This document shows, in pieces, positions 12,089-26,518 of a stretch of 64,000 nucleotides of DNA (positions within the stretch are counted from its first letter, which is position 1; every line of letters begins with the position of its first letter). A model generated the notes under the pieces. That model was not told the origin of the DNA. It saw only the letters and a list, made by a program, of their open reading frames with translations, and ran no database searches. Source of the stretch: Dictyostelium discoideum (lineage: Eukaryota); contig CM000151.3 in the NCBI GenBank assembly GCA_000004695.1, positions 8,384,001 through 8,448,000 of the forward strand, given 5' to 3'. A program made the translations under genes and the position numbers.

Positions 12089-15000
12089 ATGAAAAATATA
12101 AATATTATTATTTTATTATTTTTATTAAATGTTTATAATATCAATTGTCAAAGTTTAAATATAATTGATGTATCTCTTGGGAGTAATAGTTTATATCCTT
12201 TGACATCGGATCAAATTGTTTGTTATCTTCAATTAGAAATTCAAGTAATTTCCACATTTAGTGGTTGGTATTCATTTAGTATACCATATTCAAGTGATCC
12301 TTATTTCCCAAATTCAAATTATGTTTTAACATCTCCCGTTTCAAATTCAACTAATACGATTTTTATATATCAAAATCAACCAATACCTTATGGGACTCAT
12401 TCATTTACGATATATTCAGATTTACTACTTTATAATGGTACAGGTTTTGTTCAAATCCTTACAAGTTCTTTTCAAACTGAATATACATGTAATAGTAAGT
12501 ATGAAAATTATATATATACAAATAAATTATTTTAAAAATGATTTTTTTATTAATCACAAATAAATAAATAATAATAAAAAAAAAAAAAAAAGGAATTGAT
12601 GTAAATTTAATACAATTAAATTTCATACCTACAATAAGATCATTTGATCCCAATTCAATGAGAATGGGTGTGTTAAAAGTAAATGGATTACATAATAGTT
12701 GTACTCTTTCGACATCAATTGGTTTTTTACCAGATGGAGGTTCAAATAATTATTGGGTTTTAAATTTTCAAACTCCTTTATCAATTGCTACCAATTCTTT
12801 AAATTTAACAATTTGGTTTGCTGATAAAACTTTTTATATTGATATACCGTCAATATATAAAAGTAGGTAAATTAATTTATTATTATTATTATAATTATTT
12901 TTATTGAATGATTATTTTAAATTATTAATTAAAATTTATTAAGCATTTATTGGTAGCTTTAGTCCTATTACACTATATCCAAATCAAATTAATATTACTA
13001 GATTTGGAATTAATGAATTTCCATTATTCTCTTTTACTGTGGATTCTAAAGATTATCCATATATATTTTATGATAGAGATGTAAGAAGTCCAGTAGTAAT
13101 TGCATATGGTTCAAATGATAATTATACGTATATTGGTATTTTAAGTAATTCTGGTGCATTAACTCAAACTGGTATATATGCACTACAAGGTGACAATATT
13201 AATTTAATTAATAATGTTACAACAGATATTTCAAGTAAGATTAATTATATATATATAAAAAGGATAAAAATTATAATTTATAATATTAATAGGTCATTTT
13301 GATTAATAATAATAATAAATAAATAGGCTTTGTTACAAATGTGATACCATCAACAGGAACCGTTTCAAATTTTTCAAAGATTGGTTCATCAAATATATTT
13401 TCAGTATCATTTGATGGATTTCAAAGTTATGATTTAAATGATTACCAAATAACATTTCAAACTTTATATTCAATAACTCAATGGCCATTTGGTTTCTCTG
13501 GATCAAATAAGAATTTTACATTTGATGCATCATTTTTATTGTCACAAAACTCATCATTAGGAGATCAAAGCATGTTATCAATTTTTCCTTTAAATAATTA
13601 CGGAACTCAATTTAGTGTATACATACCTTTAAATTACCCTGAAAATGGTGGTATGTATTATTAATAATTATAATTTTATTGGGTTTATAATATATATTTA
13701 TTATTCTTTATATTTTTTTTTTAAAAAAATGATAGTAAGTTCACGTATTATTATTACAGATTTTAAAGTGATTCATTTGTTTGATTTCAAATATATTGTT
13801 AGAATGGCCTTTATAATTAATGGTCAACCTTATCCTTTGACATCTATTTCAATAAATGATAAAATATATAAATATGAAAATTTGGCATCAGGTGATTTGA
13901 GTAATGGTGTTTTTGAATTTATTTGGGATTATAAATTCTACATTAATACGATATCCATTAGAACTTTTGCAAATAACGTTTATACTTTAAATTCAAATGA
14001 TTTTTACTCAATAGGCCCAAATAAAAGAATTACTTTCCCTACTTTTAAAAGTAATTATAAATTTATTTATATTTTTATATATTGATTATATATATACTAA
14101 CCAATTAATTTATTATTATTATAATAGCATATGATATTAGTTCAATAAAAGATATTACCTTTTTATATAATAACGTCAATATAACAAATAAATCAGTTTC
14201 AAATATAATGTATTTCAAAATTAATGGATTTAATCCACAAAATCAAACTGCACCAACAATTTGTCTTTTATTAGTGGACCCAGTTTCAACATTTGCTCCT
14301 ACATTAGAACCAGATTCTGGAAAATATTGTTCGAAATGGAATAAAGTTATGGGTGTATTTCAAATTGAATTTATTATACCTTCAAATACACTTTCTGGAG
14401 TTTTACCATACAATTTAATATTTAATCAATATTATTCAATTGAAAGTTCAACACTTTCAAATTCTTCACAACTCTTTATATATTCAAATTGTATGTATTT
14501 TTTTAAAAAAAAAAAAATAATAAAAAAAAAAAAAATTATTAACTTTTAATTTCTATTTTTATAGATTTTGATGCTTATGGACCAATATTTAGTGAATTTA
14601 AAAATAAAACAATTAATAGTACAACATTTGGATGGGAATTTTATATTGAAGATTCAATTAATGGATTTGATCATGGTGAAATTATAGTTAGAGGTGATTT
14701 AGATAGTTCGATTTATAAATTTTATTTAACAATAAATAATTTATTAATTGGTAATAAATATAGAGGAAAATATGAAATATTAATTAATTTACAAACTAAT
14801 GTTTGTGCATCACAAAATTATATAATAACAAATGTGAATTTATATGATACACAATCAAATATAGCAATACATACAAGATTGAATGGTTATAAATATGATT
14901 CGGTAAAAACACCTTTTATAAATTATTTAGATAATTCAGACATTTTACTATTTAATTTACAATGTGGTAGTTTTATTGATGATACTCCGCCACTATTAAA

Positions 15001-16726
15001 ATCATTTGAAATGATTAATTTAATAAATGTAAATCAAAGTTTAATATTTAATTTTGAAGCACAAGATATTGAATCTGGTTTAAAGTATGCTCAATATCCA
15101 ATTGTTTATGCAACCACTTTACATACTGGTATAATTGAATGTGTTTCAAAAATTGTATCAATTAATTCAACCTATGCTAAATACAGATGTGATATGGAAT
15201 TACCTTTTGGCTTTGCTTATGGTCATGATGTAATTTTCACAGTTTATGGGTTTGTTAATAATGGTGGTTATTATTCTGGTTATTCATATGATAAGTTGGT
15301 TGAAATGGGGTTAAATCATAGTATCACATCAATGAATATATATTGGAAATTAGTGATTACCAATTCAAGCTCAATAACGCCAAGTGGTGGAGATTTATGG
15401 GTAATGGGTAAAAGTTTTTCAAATTTTATTTTTAAAAGTGTAAATGTAATTTATTCAGATACTTCATTGACACCTGATAATTTAAAACCAATTGATAGTT
15501 CATTCTATAGTAGTGTATTTTTAATAAGTGGTATTAAAGCAACCAATAAATCATTTACAATTCAAATTATTTCAACAAATGGTAATTCAAATATTTATAC
15601 AGTTCAACCAATTAATTTCCTTTATGATTATATTGATACAAATCAACCACCACCAACAAACCCACCACAAAAATGTATAGGTTCACCAGTATGTGGAGGT
15701 TTAGATCATGGTTATTGTAATGGGCTACAAGGATGTGTATGTTATTCGCCATGGGTTGGATTAGGTTGTACTTCAAAAGTTGTAGTTATACCACCACCAA
15801 AATTAAATTCAACAACACCAACATCTGAATTACCAGTATTAGGTGAAGGTGAAAATAATAATTCAACAAATATATTATTTAAATCATTAGTATCAATTGT
15901 ATCATTAAGAGAATTAAATTTTCAAGGTAATGTTGTAAATGAATTTAAATTTGAAAAATGGATTTATTCAGAAATCAATTCAAATAAACATCAATATTTT
16001 ACAAGTATAAATGTACCATCAACAACATTAAACTCGAATGAAACTACTAGTACTAATATTATGGCAACAATTCAATGGTTCCCAAATCAAACAAATATTC
16101 AATTTGCTAATCAACTATTAACAATGAATCCATCAACTGTTAAATATACAATTGAAATTGGTAGTTATAATTTTAAGAATAAATTAAATCAACTTCAACT
16201 AGTTTTATCAGCATCAATGGATTCAAGTAATACTAATAACATTTGCTCAAAATCTGAATTTGGTAATACAAATTCCGATGATAATTCAAACTATGTTAAA
16301 ATTCAAGTTGATAATCATTCATTGTATGGTAGATTTATAAAGAGAGCGATAATTGATTCTCAAGTGATATCAATTGAAAATGAACAATTAGATTCTTCAA
16401 TGAATCCAATTAATAGTGCATCATCATCTCAATCATTCATTGGTATTACAATTCCATATTATAGATTTGGTATTACACTTGATCCTGATTTCTCTGTATT
16501 GGTTGATGATAAATCTGTTTCAAGTGGTGATGATTCCATTTGTTCAAAATCATCATCATTAACCAATGGTCAATTGGCTGGTATTATAGTTGGTGCCACT
16601 ATATTTGCAAGCATTTGTATTGTTGCTTTAATTATTTTAATTAAAAAAAGAAGACATCTCCTATTATTATTAAGAGCAAAAGATATAGTTTTAGCTGTTA
16701 GAAAACCAAATTATTCAAATAATTAA
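12089..16726 (+). CDS. large multi-exon type-I membrane glycoprotein, IPT/TIG-like + EGF-like + TM (Tgr-like), paralogue B
   Basis: Signal peptide MKNINIIILLFLLNVYNINCQ. At least 7 exons cover the track ORFs 12089-12535, 12658-12870, 13039-13302, 13341-13664, 13645-14085, 14208-14549 and 14565-16726, with the same phase-1 intron pattern as paralogue A. The final exon is more than 90% identical to A in the EGF-like/TM region and ends ...LIKKRRH...; stop at 16724-16726. Confidence 0.7.
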
Positions 16727-16862
16727 AATATTGTAAAAAAAAATAAAAAATAAAAAATTAAATTTAAAACAACTCCATTGTCTTTTAAAAATATAAAACC
16801 ATTACCATTACTATTTTGTAAAGATTTACAACAAATTTATGAAATTTAAATAATGAATAATT

Positions 16863-16893
<31 letters not shown>

Positions 16894-17300
16894 GATAATA
16901 ATTAATAATTTAAAAAATAATATTTTCATAATTCTAAAAAAACCCTTTTCAACTTTCCTTTCTTTAAGTTTTTCTTTAATTTCGAATATAATTTTTTTGG
17001 TAAAAAATAAAATGTTAATAATATTTGGTTAGCACTTTTTTTTTTTTTTTTGAATTAAAATTATTATTGATACTTTTTTTATTGTTCTATATTTTCACCA
17101 CTACTAACTCTTATATTAAGATTTTGTAAAGAAGCACCAGGAGATAAAGCTGGAGTAGAAGGATGTTTGAACCAATATTAAAAAAAAAAAAAAAAAAAAA
17201 AATGAAAACAAAAGAAAATAATTAAGAAAAAAAGAAAAAAAAAAATAATAAGCCAACAATACTAAGTAACAAAATAAGAATTTCTTAGTCCACAAAAGTG

Positions 17301-17331
<31 letters not shown>

Positions 17332-17461
17332 AAAAATTTGAGATATACCAATATTAATACATTTTTTTTTTTTATTTTATTTTTTTAAACTTTTTTTTTT
17401 TTTTATTTTTATTTTTTTTTTATCAAAACTAAAAATAAATATAATAATAATAATAATAAAA

Positions 17462-18411
<950 letters not shown>

Positions 18412-18662
18412 AATTATACCAAAAAAAAAAAAATATATTCTTGCTTTTTTCAAAGGTTACCTAAAGAAACCAAAACAAGAAGTGGGACAAATGTAAGAAA
18501 TTAAATATATTTGGGTTGCGTTTAATTTAACTATTTTTTATTTTTTTTTTATTTTTTTTATTTTTATTTTTATTTTTAATTTTTTTTTATTTTTTTAAAA
18601 TTTTCAATTTTATTTTTTTTTTTTTTTTTTTTTCGTCAAAAAAATCAAATATCGGCAACAAA

Positions 18663-18702
<40 letters not shown>

Positions 18703-18742
18703 TAAAACCATTATTGAAAAAGACATAAATATATAATAAATA

Positions 18743-21700
18743 ATGTCAGAACCAAAACCAACTCAACCAATCAAAGAGATTGATGAGGAAACTAAAAGAA
18801 AGAATGAAGAGAAAAAGAAAGCCAAAGAGGCAGAGAAAGCAGAGAAATTAGCAAAAATGAAAGAAAAGGAAGCTAAACAAGCAGCAGCAAAAGAAAAAGA
18901 ATTACAAAATAAACTTAAAAAAGAACAAGAGAAAAAAGAAAAAGAAGCTGAAGAAAAAGAAAAACAAGAAGCTGAAGAAAAAATTGTTAGAGAACATATT
19001 GAAAAAATTTTAAAAACCCCAAAGGGTGAAAAGAAAGGTAAATAATTTTATATTTTATATATATATATTATTTTTTTTCAAATGATTTATTAATATAAAA
19101 ATTTTATTATTATTATTAAAAAAAAAAAAAAAAAAGATGTTTCAAGTTTATTATCATCATATCATCCAACAGCAGTTGAATCAATTTGGTATGATTATTG
19201 GTTAGATAATGGATATTTTTCACCAGAGAAACAAATGGAGATTCAACCACATGTAGTTAAAGATAAAAAGTTTGTAATTGTTATTCCACCACCAAATGTT
19301 ACAGGTAGTTTACATTTAGGACATGCATTAACCAATTCAATTCAAGATGCAGTTGTTCGTTATCATCGTATGAAGGGTGAAGTTTGTTTATGGGTACCAG
19401 GTACAGATCATGCAGGTATTGCAACACAAGTAGTTGTAGAGAAAAAGATTTGGAAAGAGAATAAGATCACTCGTCATGATTTAGGTCGTGAAGGATTTAT
19501 AAAGAAAGTTTGGGAATGGAAAGGTGAATATGGTGCACGTATTCAAGGTCAATTGAAAAAGATGGGTTCATCAGTTGACTGGAGTCGTGAGGTATTCACA
19601 ATGGATGATCAACGTTCAAAAGCAGTAAATACAGCATTCATTCGTATGTTTAATGATGGTTTAATCGTTAGAACCACACGTTTAGTCAATTGGTCATGTG
19701 CATTGAAGACTGCCATCTCTGATATTGAGGTAGATTTCATCGATTTAGAGAAACACACTAAAATGTCAGTACCAGGTCATCAAGGTCAATATGATTTTGG
19801 TGTACTCTTTGAATTTGCCTACCAAGTCGAAGGTAGTGGTGAGGAATTGGTAGTTGCAACCACTCGTATCGAAACTATGTTGGCAGATACAGCAATTGCC
19901 ATTCATCCAGATGATACACGTTACACTCATCTTCATGGTAAATTTGCAATTCATCCATTGAATGGCCGTAAGATTCCAATCATTACCGATTCAGTTTTGG
20001 TAGATAAAGATTTTGGTACTGGTGTTGTCAAGATTACTCCATCACATGATCCAAACGATTATGAAACTGCACTTCGTCATGGTTTAGAGTTTATCAATCT
20101 TTTCACTGATGAAGGTTTAATCAATGAGAATGGTGGTGAACGTTTTGCTGGTATGAAACGTTTCGATGCTCGTAATGCTGTTGTTGAAGCATTGAAAGAG
20201 AAGAATCTTTTCAAGGGTATGAAGGATAACAAGATGAGATTAGGTCTTTGTTCACGTTCAAAGGATGTCATTGAACCAATGATTAAACCACAATGGTATG
20301 TTAAATGTGACGATATGGCAGCACGTGCCGTTAAGGCTGTTCGTGATGGTGATTTGAAAATCACTCCAAAGACTCATGAAGTAACTTGGTATCGTTGGTT
20401 AGAAGGTATTAAAGATTGGTGTGTCTCTAGACAATTATGGTGGGGTCATCGTATTCCAGCCTACCATTGTATTATCAAAGGTGTTAAATCAAATCCATAC
20501 GATACCAATCAATGGGTCGTTGGTGCCAATCAAGAGGAGGCCACTCAAAATGCAATCGAGAAATTTAAACTTTCAAGCAAAGATGATATCTTATCATTGG
20601 AACAAGATCCAGACGTTTTAGATACTTGGTTCTCAAGTGGTTTATTCCCATTCAGTGTTATGGGTTGGCCAGAACAAACTCAAGATATGCAAGATTATTA
20701 TCCAACAAGTCTCTTGGAAACTGGTTCCGATATTTTATTCTTTTGGGTTGCTCGTATGGTTATGATGGGTCAACAATTAACTGGTAAATTACCATTTGAA
20801 CAAGTTTTCCTTCATGCAATGGTTAGAGATTCACATGGTAGAAAAATGTCAAAATCATTGGGTAACGTTATCGATCCAAATGATGTAATTAAAGGTATCT
20901 CTTTGGATGAATTAATCGCTAAACTCTATGAAGGTAATTTAGATTCTAAAGAAATTGAAAAAGCAACCTCTGGTGTTAAATCCGATTTCCCAACTGGTAT
21001 TGCAGAGTGTGGTACTGATGCAATGAGATTTGCCCTTTGTGCTTACACTTCACAAGGTCGTGATATCAATTTAGATATTCAACGTGTCGTTGGTTATCGT
21101 AATTTCTGTAATAAGATTTGGAATGCCACTAGATTCGCTCATATGAAATTGGGTGATTCTTTCAAACCGGAATCATTTGATGCCTCAAAACTTTTACAAC
21201 AATCAAATGCTATCAATCTTTGGATTCTTAACGCTGCTCAACGTGCTATCACCCTCTCTGAAGAAGGTTTCAAAGAGTACGATTTTAGTAAGGTTACCAC
21301 TGCTATCTATAGTTTCTGGTTGAATGAAATGTGTGATGTTTATCTCGAAATGACCAAATCCATTTTCTCACTCGAAGAAGATTCACCAATTAAACAAAAA
21401 ACCAAAGAAACCCTTTACACTTGTATCGATATTGGTCTTCGTTTATTACATCCATTCATGCCATACCTCACCGAGGAGTTGTATCAATCATTACCACGTC
21501 GTCCAGAAGATGTCATTCCAACCATTATGTTATGTCCATACCCACAATCTCAATCATGTTGGGCCAATTCTGACATTGAGGAAGAAATGAAACAATGTCA
21601 AGATATCATCAAATCAATTCGTTCACTTCGTGCTACCTATACCATTCCAGCCTCTAAAAAACTTCACACTTATCTTCACGTTAAAAATCAAGAGAATCTC

Positions 21701-22060
21701 GAACGTTTCACTAAAAACTCTTCATTCATTCGTGTTTTAGCTTATGCCTCTGAACTCGAAGTTTCCATTAGTGATGAATCTCGTCCTGGTTGTATCGTTA
21801 ATGTTGTCAATGAAAATGTTTCAACCCTTTTAGATGTTAGAGGATCTGTTGATTTCAATCTTGAAATTGCTCGTCTCGAAACAAAGAAACAACAATTGGT
21901 CAAAAACTATGAAACTTTAGTTTCAAAAACTACCATACCTTCTTATGATAAAGTTCCACAAAATATCAGAGATGATAATACTCAAAAAATTAAAGCTTTA
22001 GATGAAGAAATTAATATTACAAACAAAACCATTGAAAGTTTTACAAAATTAAATATTTAA
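18743..22060 (+). CDS. valS1: valyl-tRNA synthetase (class I aaRS), 2 exons
   Basis: Exon 1 is 18743..19037 and encodes the Lys/Glu-rich N-terminal extension typical of eukaryotic ValRS. Intron 19038..19137 is GTAAAT...AG in phase 1. Exon 2 is 19138..22060 with the HIGH motif [19 protein letters not shown] motif [11 protein letters not shown], the editing domain and a C-terminal coiled coil. Confidence 0.9.
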
Positions 22061-22381
22061 AATTATAAATAATAATTAATAATAATAATAATAAAGTTTT
22101 AATTACTAAATTTAGTAATAAATAATAAAATAAAATAAAATAAAATAAAATAATTTAAAAAAAAAAAAATAAGTTTAATGTCAAAATTTTTGATTTCTTT
22201 TCTAAATTAAACTATTTTTTTTTTCAAATAATACTAATAAAATAATAAATAATTATTTAATAATTATTTTTTTTTTTTTGAATTTATTAATTTAATCAAA
22301 TTTTTTTTATTTTTTTTTTTATTGATTTTATTAATTTTTTATTTATTTGTTTAATTTATTTGTTTAGAGAAAAAAAAAAAA

Positions 22382-23197
22382 ATGATAATTATTCTAATTG
22401 TTTTTATTATATTGACATTTAATAATATAGTTAAAAGTGAAGTTATTCAATTTATTGAATGGGATAATATAACACAAATAAATAATTTGCATTTAGAGTT
22501 TAAAATGGGTTCAACAGTTTTATTTTCAGTTTCAAATAATACAGGTGATCATAACATAGTTATTAAAGAATCTTTTTTTAATTCTTCAGAAACATTAATA
22601 AAATCACCAATACTAAATTTTAATAATAATCAAATTTACTTTATATATACATTTATTAAAGATGGAAATTATTTAATAACTGATGATTTCTCAAAAAATT
22701 CAATGGATATTAAAATTTCCTCTCCTCAATTTAATCAACAATCTTCAAACTCTTCAAAATCTTTAAATTATGATTCTTTAAATAATATCACATTCAGTAG
22801 TAGTAGTAATGACAATGATGGTAATAGTAATGAAATTTCTCAAGAAAATGAAAATTTGGATTTTAATAAATTTTTTAAAGATTCAAAAGAGGAATTGAAT
22901 TATACTTATTCAACAAATTTAAATAATAAAAAATCAATTTATGACTTTTTTTCAAATTTTACAATTTCTTCATCAAATTCAACAATTAAAAATTCAACAA
23001 AATCAAAAAAACCAACCACTATAATTGTTCGTAGTCATCATAATGAAAACTCAGACATTCTTTTAAACTCTGATTCAAACTCAAATTCAAACTCAATTTC
23101 TAACCAAAATTCACACCAAAATTCAAATTCTAATTCAATACAACCACCTTCTATATATTATTTAATTATCTATGTATCGATTTTATTTATATTTTAA
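22382..23197 (+). CDS. GPI-type Ser/Thr-rich surface glycoprotein with cupredoxin-like (ENOD/phytocyanin-like) N-domain
   Basis: Single exon. It has a signal peptide, an approximately 100-aa domain (GSTVLFSVSNNTGDHNIVIKE ... DGNYLITDDFSKNSMDIKIS) that resembles the plastocyanin GxxVxFxNNxGxPHNVVF / GxYxFYC...M..V.V layout but has no Cys, an S/N-rich linker, and a C-terminal hydrophobic tail IYYLIIYVSILFIF. Paralogous to the genes at 29951 and 32365. Confidence 0.6.
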   Translation: MIIILIVFIILTFNNIVKSEVIQFIEWDNITQINNLHLEFKMGSTVLFSVSNNTGDHNIVIKESFFNSSETLIKSPILNFNNNQIYFIYTFIKDGNYLITDDFSKNSMDIKISSPQFNQQSSNSSKSLNYDSLNNITFSSSSNDNDGNSNEISQENENLDFNKFFKDSKEELNYTYSTNLNNKKSIYDFFSNFTISSSNSTIKNSTKSKKPTTIIVRSHHNENSDILLNSDSNSNSNSISNQNSHQNSNSNSIQPPSIYYLIIYVSILFIF

Positions 23198-23366
23198 ATA
23201 AAATTTTTTTTTTAAAGCCAGTGTGGTTTGGGGTGTTTTTTTTTTTTAAAAAAAAAAATTAATGCCAGAAAGTTTTGTAATTTCAAAAAATACCTAGAAA
23301 GTTTTGTAATTTCAAAAAATACTCAGAACTCTTAACTTTTCAACAATTTTTAATTTTTTTTTAATT

Positions 23367-23415
<49 letters not shown>

Positions 23416-23483
23416 GAAACCACAAACCGGGAAAAAAAAAAAGTTTTAAAAAATTTTTTTTTTTTCTTTGTTTTTCTTAAAAA

Positions 23484-23633
23484 ATGTCAGGAGATTCAAA
23501 CTATGATATAGTTAAGAAAGAGTTTTTTAATTTATCTCATTATGTTATCTCTATATATGATTCATTAAATATTTATTGTACTTCTTTAAAAGGTAATTTA
23601 ACTTTATTACTATTATTTTTTTTTATCTACACA

Positions 23634-23668
<35 letters not shown>

Positions 23669-26405
23669 CTCTTTTGAAAATAAAGAATTATATTTAGGTT
23701 CAGATAGTTTTATAAATACAACAAGTAAATGTTTAGAACCAGATCATCCATTATCAAAATATAGTTTAGGTATAAAAAGTGAAATTGAAAATAGCTTTAA
23801 TGGTTGGAGTAATAATCAACAAGAGAATTTTCAAAAGTTGGTTAATTATTTAAATGGTTTAGAGAGTGCAAGATTAAAGATTGAAAATTTTGATAATAAT
23901 GGTTTTAGAGATTTTAAATTAAAAACTGAAATATTTAAAGATGTTAACAATCTATTCGATTCAAAATCTGAAAATTTCGATATCCCATTAATCAATATAC
24001 AATTCTCATTTAATAGTTTATTTCAATCAATTAATTCAATTCATAATAGTTTTTCTTTTATCTTACAACAGCAAATTAAATTTAAAAGTCCAGTTTCATC
24101 TTTACAACCTGTATCACAACCAATTTCTAAACCAAGACCAACTTCTGTAATATTACAAAATCAACAACAGCAACAACAACAACAACAAAATGATAATAAT
24201 AATAATAATGTTCAAACAACACCTATTGTACCAAATAGACCAACATATAAGCCACCAATACAAAGACCATTGTCTACTAATTTAAATAATGTTAATAATG
24301 GTAATTCTAATGTTGGTAGTTTGAGAGCTGCACCTGCTCCTATTTCATCTTCAAATGTTGAACAACCACAAAAACCAGTTACACCAACATATAAACCACC
24401 AACCCAAAGACCATTATCAACAAATTTAAGTAGTGGTGTTGTGAGACCTGCTCCTATTCCTATTTCTACTTCAACTGAAGAACCACAAAAACCAGTAACG
24501 CCAACATATAAACCACCAACACAAAGACCATTATCAACAAATTTAAGTAATGGTGTTGTGAGACCTGCCCCTATTCCTATTTCTTCTTCAACTGAAGAAC
24601 CACAAAAACCAGTAACACCAACATATAAACCACCAACACAAAGACCACTATCTACAAATTTAAGTAATGGTGTTTTAAGACCTGCACCACCACCATCTAT
24701 AAATTCTACACCTACATCTTTACCTTCTCAACCCACACCTAATACATTTAAAAAACCAAATTATATAAAACCAATGCCAGCATCACAAGAACAACAACAT
24801 CAACAACAACAACAGCAACTACAACAACAGGAGCAGCAATCAATAAAACCTCAACCAACTCCATCTTTCCAACGTCCAACTCCATCTTTTAATAAACCAT
24901 CACCATCACCATCACCATCAACTCTTGCTCAACAAACACAAACAACAGACTTTCAACCTCAAAGACCCCCACCACCATCAATTCAACCTCAAAGACCTCC
25001 ACCACCATCAACTCAACCTCAAAGACCTCCACCACCATCAATTCAACAACAACCAGTTCCAGTTGATAATAGCTATAATAAAAATGAAAAGAAAAAGGAT
25101 TCACTATCACTTTTTGGAAAGAAATTATCAACAGCATTCAAAAGTTTGGATGTTTCAAGTGGTTCTAGTTCTGGAAGATCTTCAATGATGGGATTTGGAT
25201 TTCCTACTGATATGCTTGGTCCAAAACTTGAAGATATAGTAAATGATTTTGAATATCATAAAAAAAGTAAAGTATCTACATTTTTTTTTATTATTATTTT
25301 TATTATTATTATTATTTTTAATTATTTATTTTACTAATTTTTATTATTTTTTAGAATGGGATGGATATGGTAAAAGATTTAAATTGGTTAAAAAGTATAC
25401 ACAATCAATAAGATGGGTTGGCCATGGTAGTGCAAAGATTGAAAGTGGTAAACCAATTCCAAATCAATTGATTACAATGATTCTTACAACACCAATAACT
25501 ATGCAATCACAAGTGATAACCTATTCACAAGTTGAATTTAAAAATTCAAGAGGTAATGTCGTAACACCAACCATTGTTGAAATTCCAAATTCAGAGGTAT
25601 CCATTTATCAAGCAGATTTTCATGGTCCTCAAGAGTTTGATGAATTCTTTTGCGAGAACATTGTTGAGGCGGATTTATTCTCAATCAATTTGGAAGAGAT
25701 AAAGTCAACTCAGGAACAATCACCTTATGTTGAACCATTATCAGAGAAAGAGAATGAAATTTATTTAGTTTTTACACCAACTTTGAATTTTAATGAACCA
25801 GAGTTTGCACAATTTATTGAAAGAGAAGGATTATATCCTCAAATTGATGGAGCAAACCAACAACAAGAGACATTGTTATGTTTTGCCTATAGAGTTAGTT
25901 TATATATCAAATTACATATCTCTTATGAGATCAGTTGTGGTGATCAAAAACCATTGGTAACAATTAATAAAGGTTTAGGAAATTGTTCATCTTATTCAAA
26001 TCTATTCTGTTCAATTATGAGATATAATGGTATACCTTGTAGAATAGTTAGTGGTGTGGTTTCAAGAAAAAATAATGTCATTGATGAACCTCATGGTCAA
26101 AATGAATTTTATTTACCAAATATTGGTTGGATACCTTATAATGGTGCTGTAATGGGTGGTCCAAATGATAATTCAATCGCTTTTGCAAAATGTTTTGGTG
26201 ATCTTTACTCTTATATGATTGATACTCATATCAATTTAAGTTATGATCAACAATCTAAATCAGAACATACAGAGAGACAAAGTATTTGTGGTGAAATGGT
26301 ACCAACAAAATGTTATTTTCAACATGGTTCAACACCTTCTTTTGGTGCTCCTAAAAGTGAACATGAATTCACAAGAATTGATAATGGCGGAGTTTTAGAA
26401 TTTTA

Positions 26406-26406
<1 letters not shown>
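23484..26406 (+). CDS. Pro-rich repeat protein with C-terminal transglutaminase-like (Cys-protease fold) domain, 3 exons
   Basis: Exon 1 is 23484..23592 (MSGDSNYDIVKKEFF..., phase-1 donor GTAATT). Exon 2 is 23686..25266 and carries 3 copies of the 39-aa repeat PVTPTYKPPTQRPLSTNLSNGVVRPAPIPIS...EEPQK, then QPQRPPPPS x3 and poly-Gln. Intron 25267..25354. Exon 3 is 25355..26406 with GLGNCSSYSNLFCSIMRYNGIPCRIVSGV ... PHGQNEFYLPNIGWIPYNG, which matches the TGase-like GxCxxYA..F..L.R..GIP.R.V.G + His core. Confidence 0.65.
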
Positions 26407-26446
<40 letters not shown>

Positions 26447-26518
26447 TAATAAATTTAAATGTTTTTCATTTTGTAATAGTATAATAAATGTTACAATAAT
26501 TTTTGTACAATTTTTTAT

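Noticed and set aside
17100-17170. GC-richer 70-bp patch upstream of the Rac-like gene
   Set aside because: Could be 5'-UTR or a tiny exon fragment (EAPGDKAGVEGCLNQY*), but there are no splice signals or frame link to neighbours, so the support is insufficient.
19766-20621. ORFs 19766..19954(-), 20077..20364(-), 20421..20621(+)
   Set aside because: Inside the ValRS coding region, antisense or off-frame; the ValRS frame is conserved end to end.
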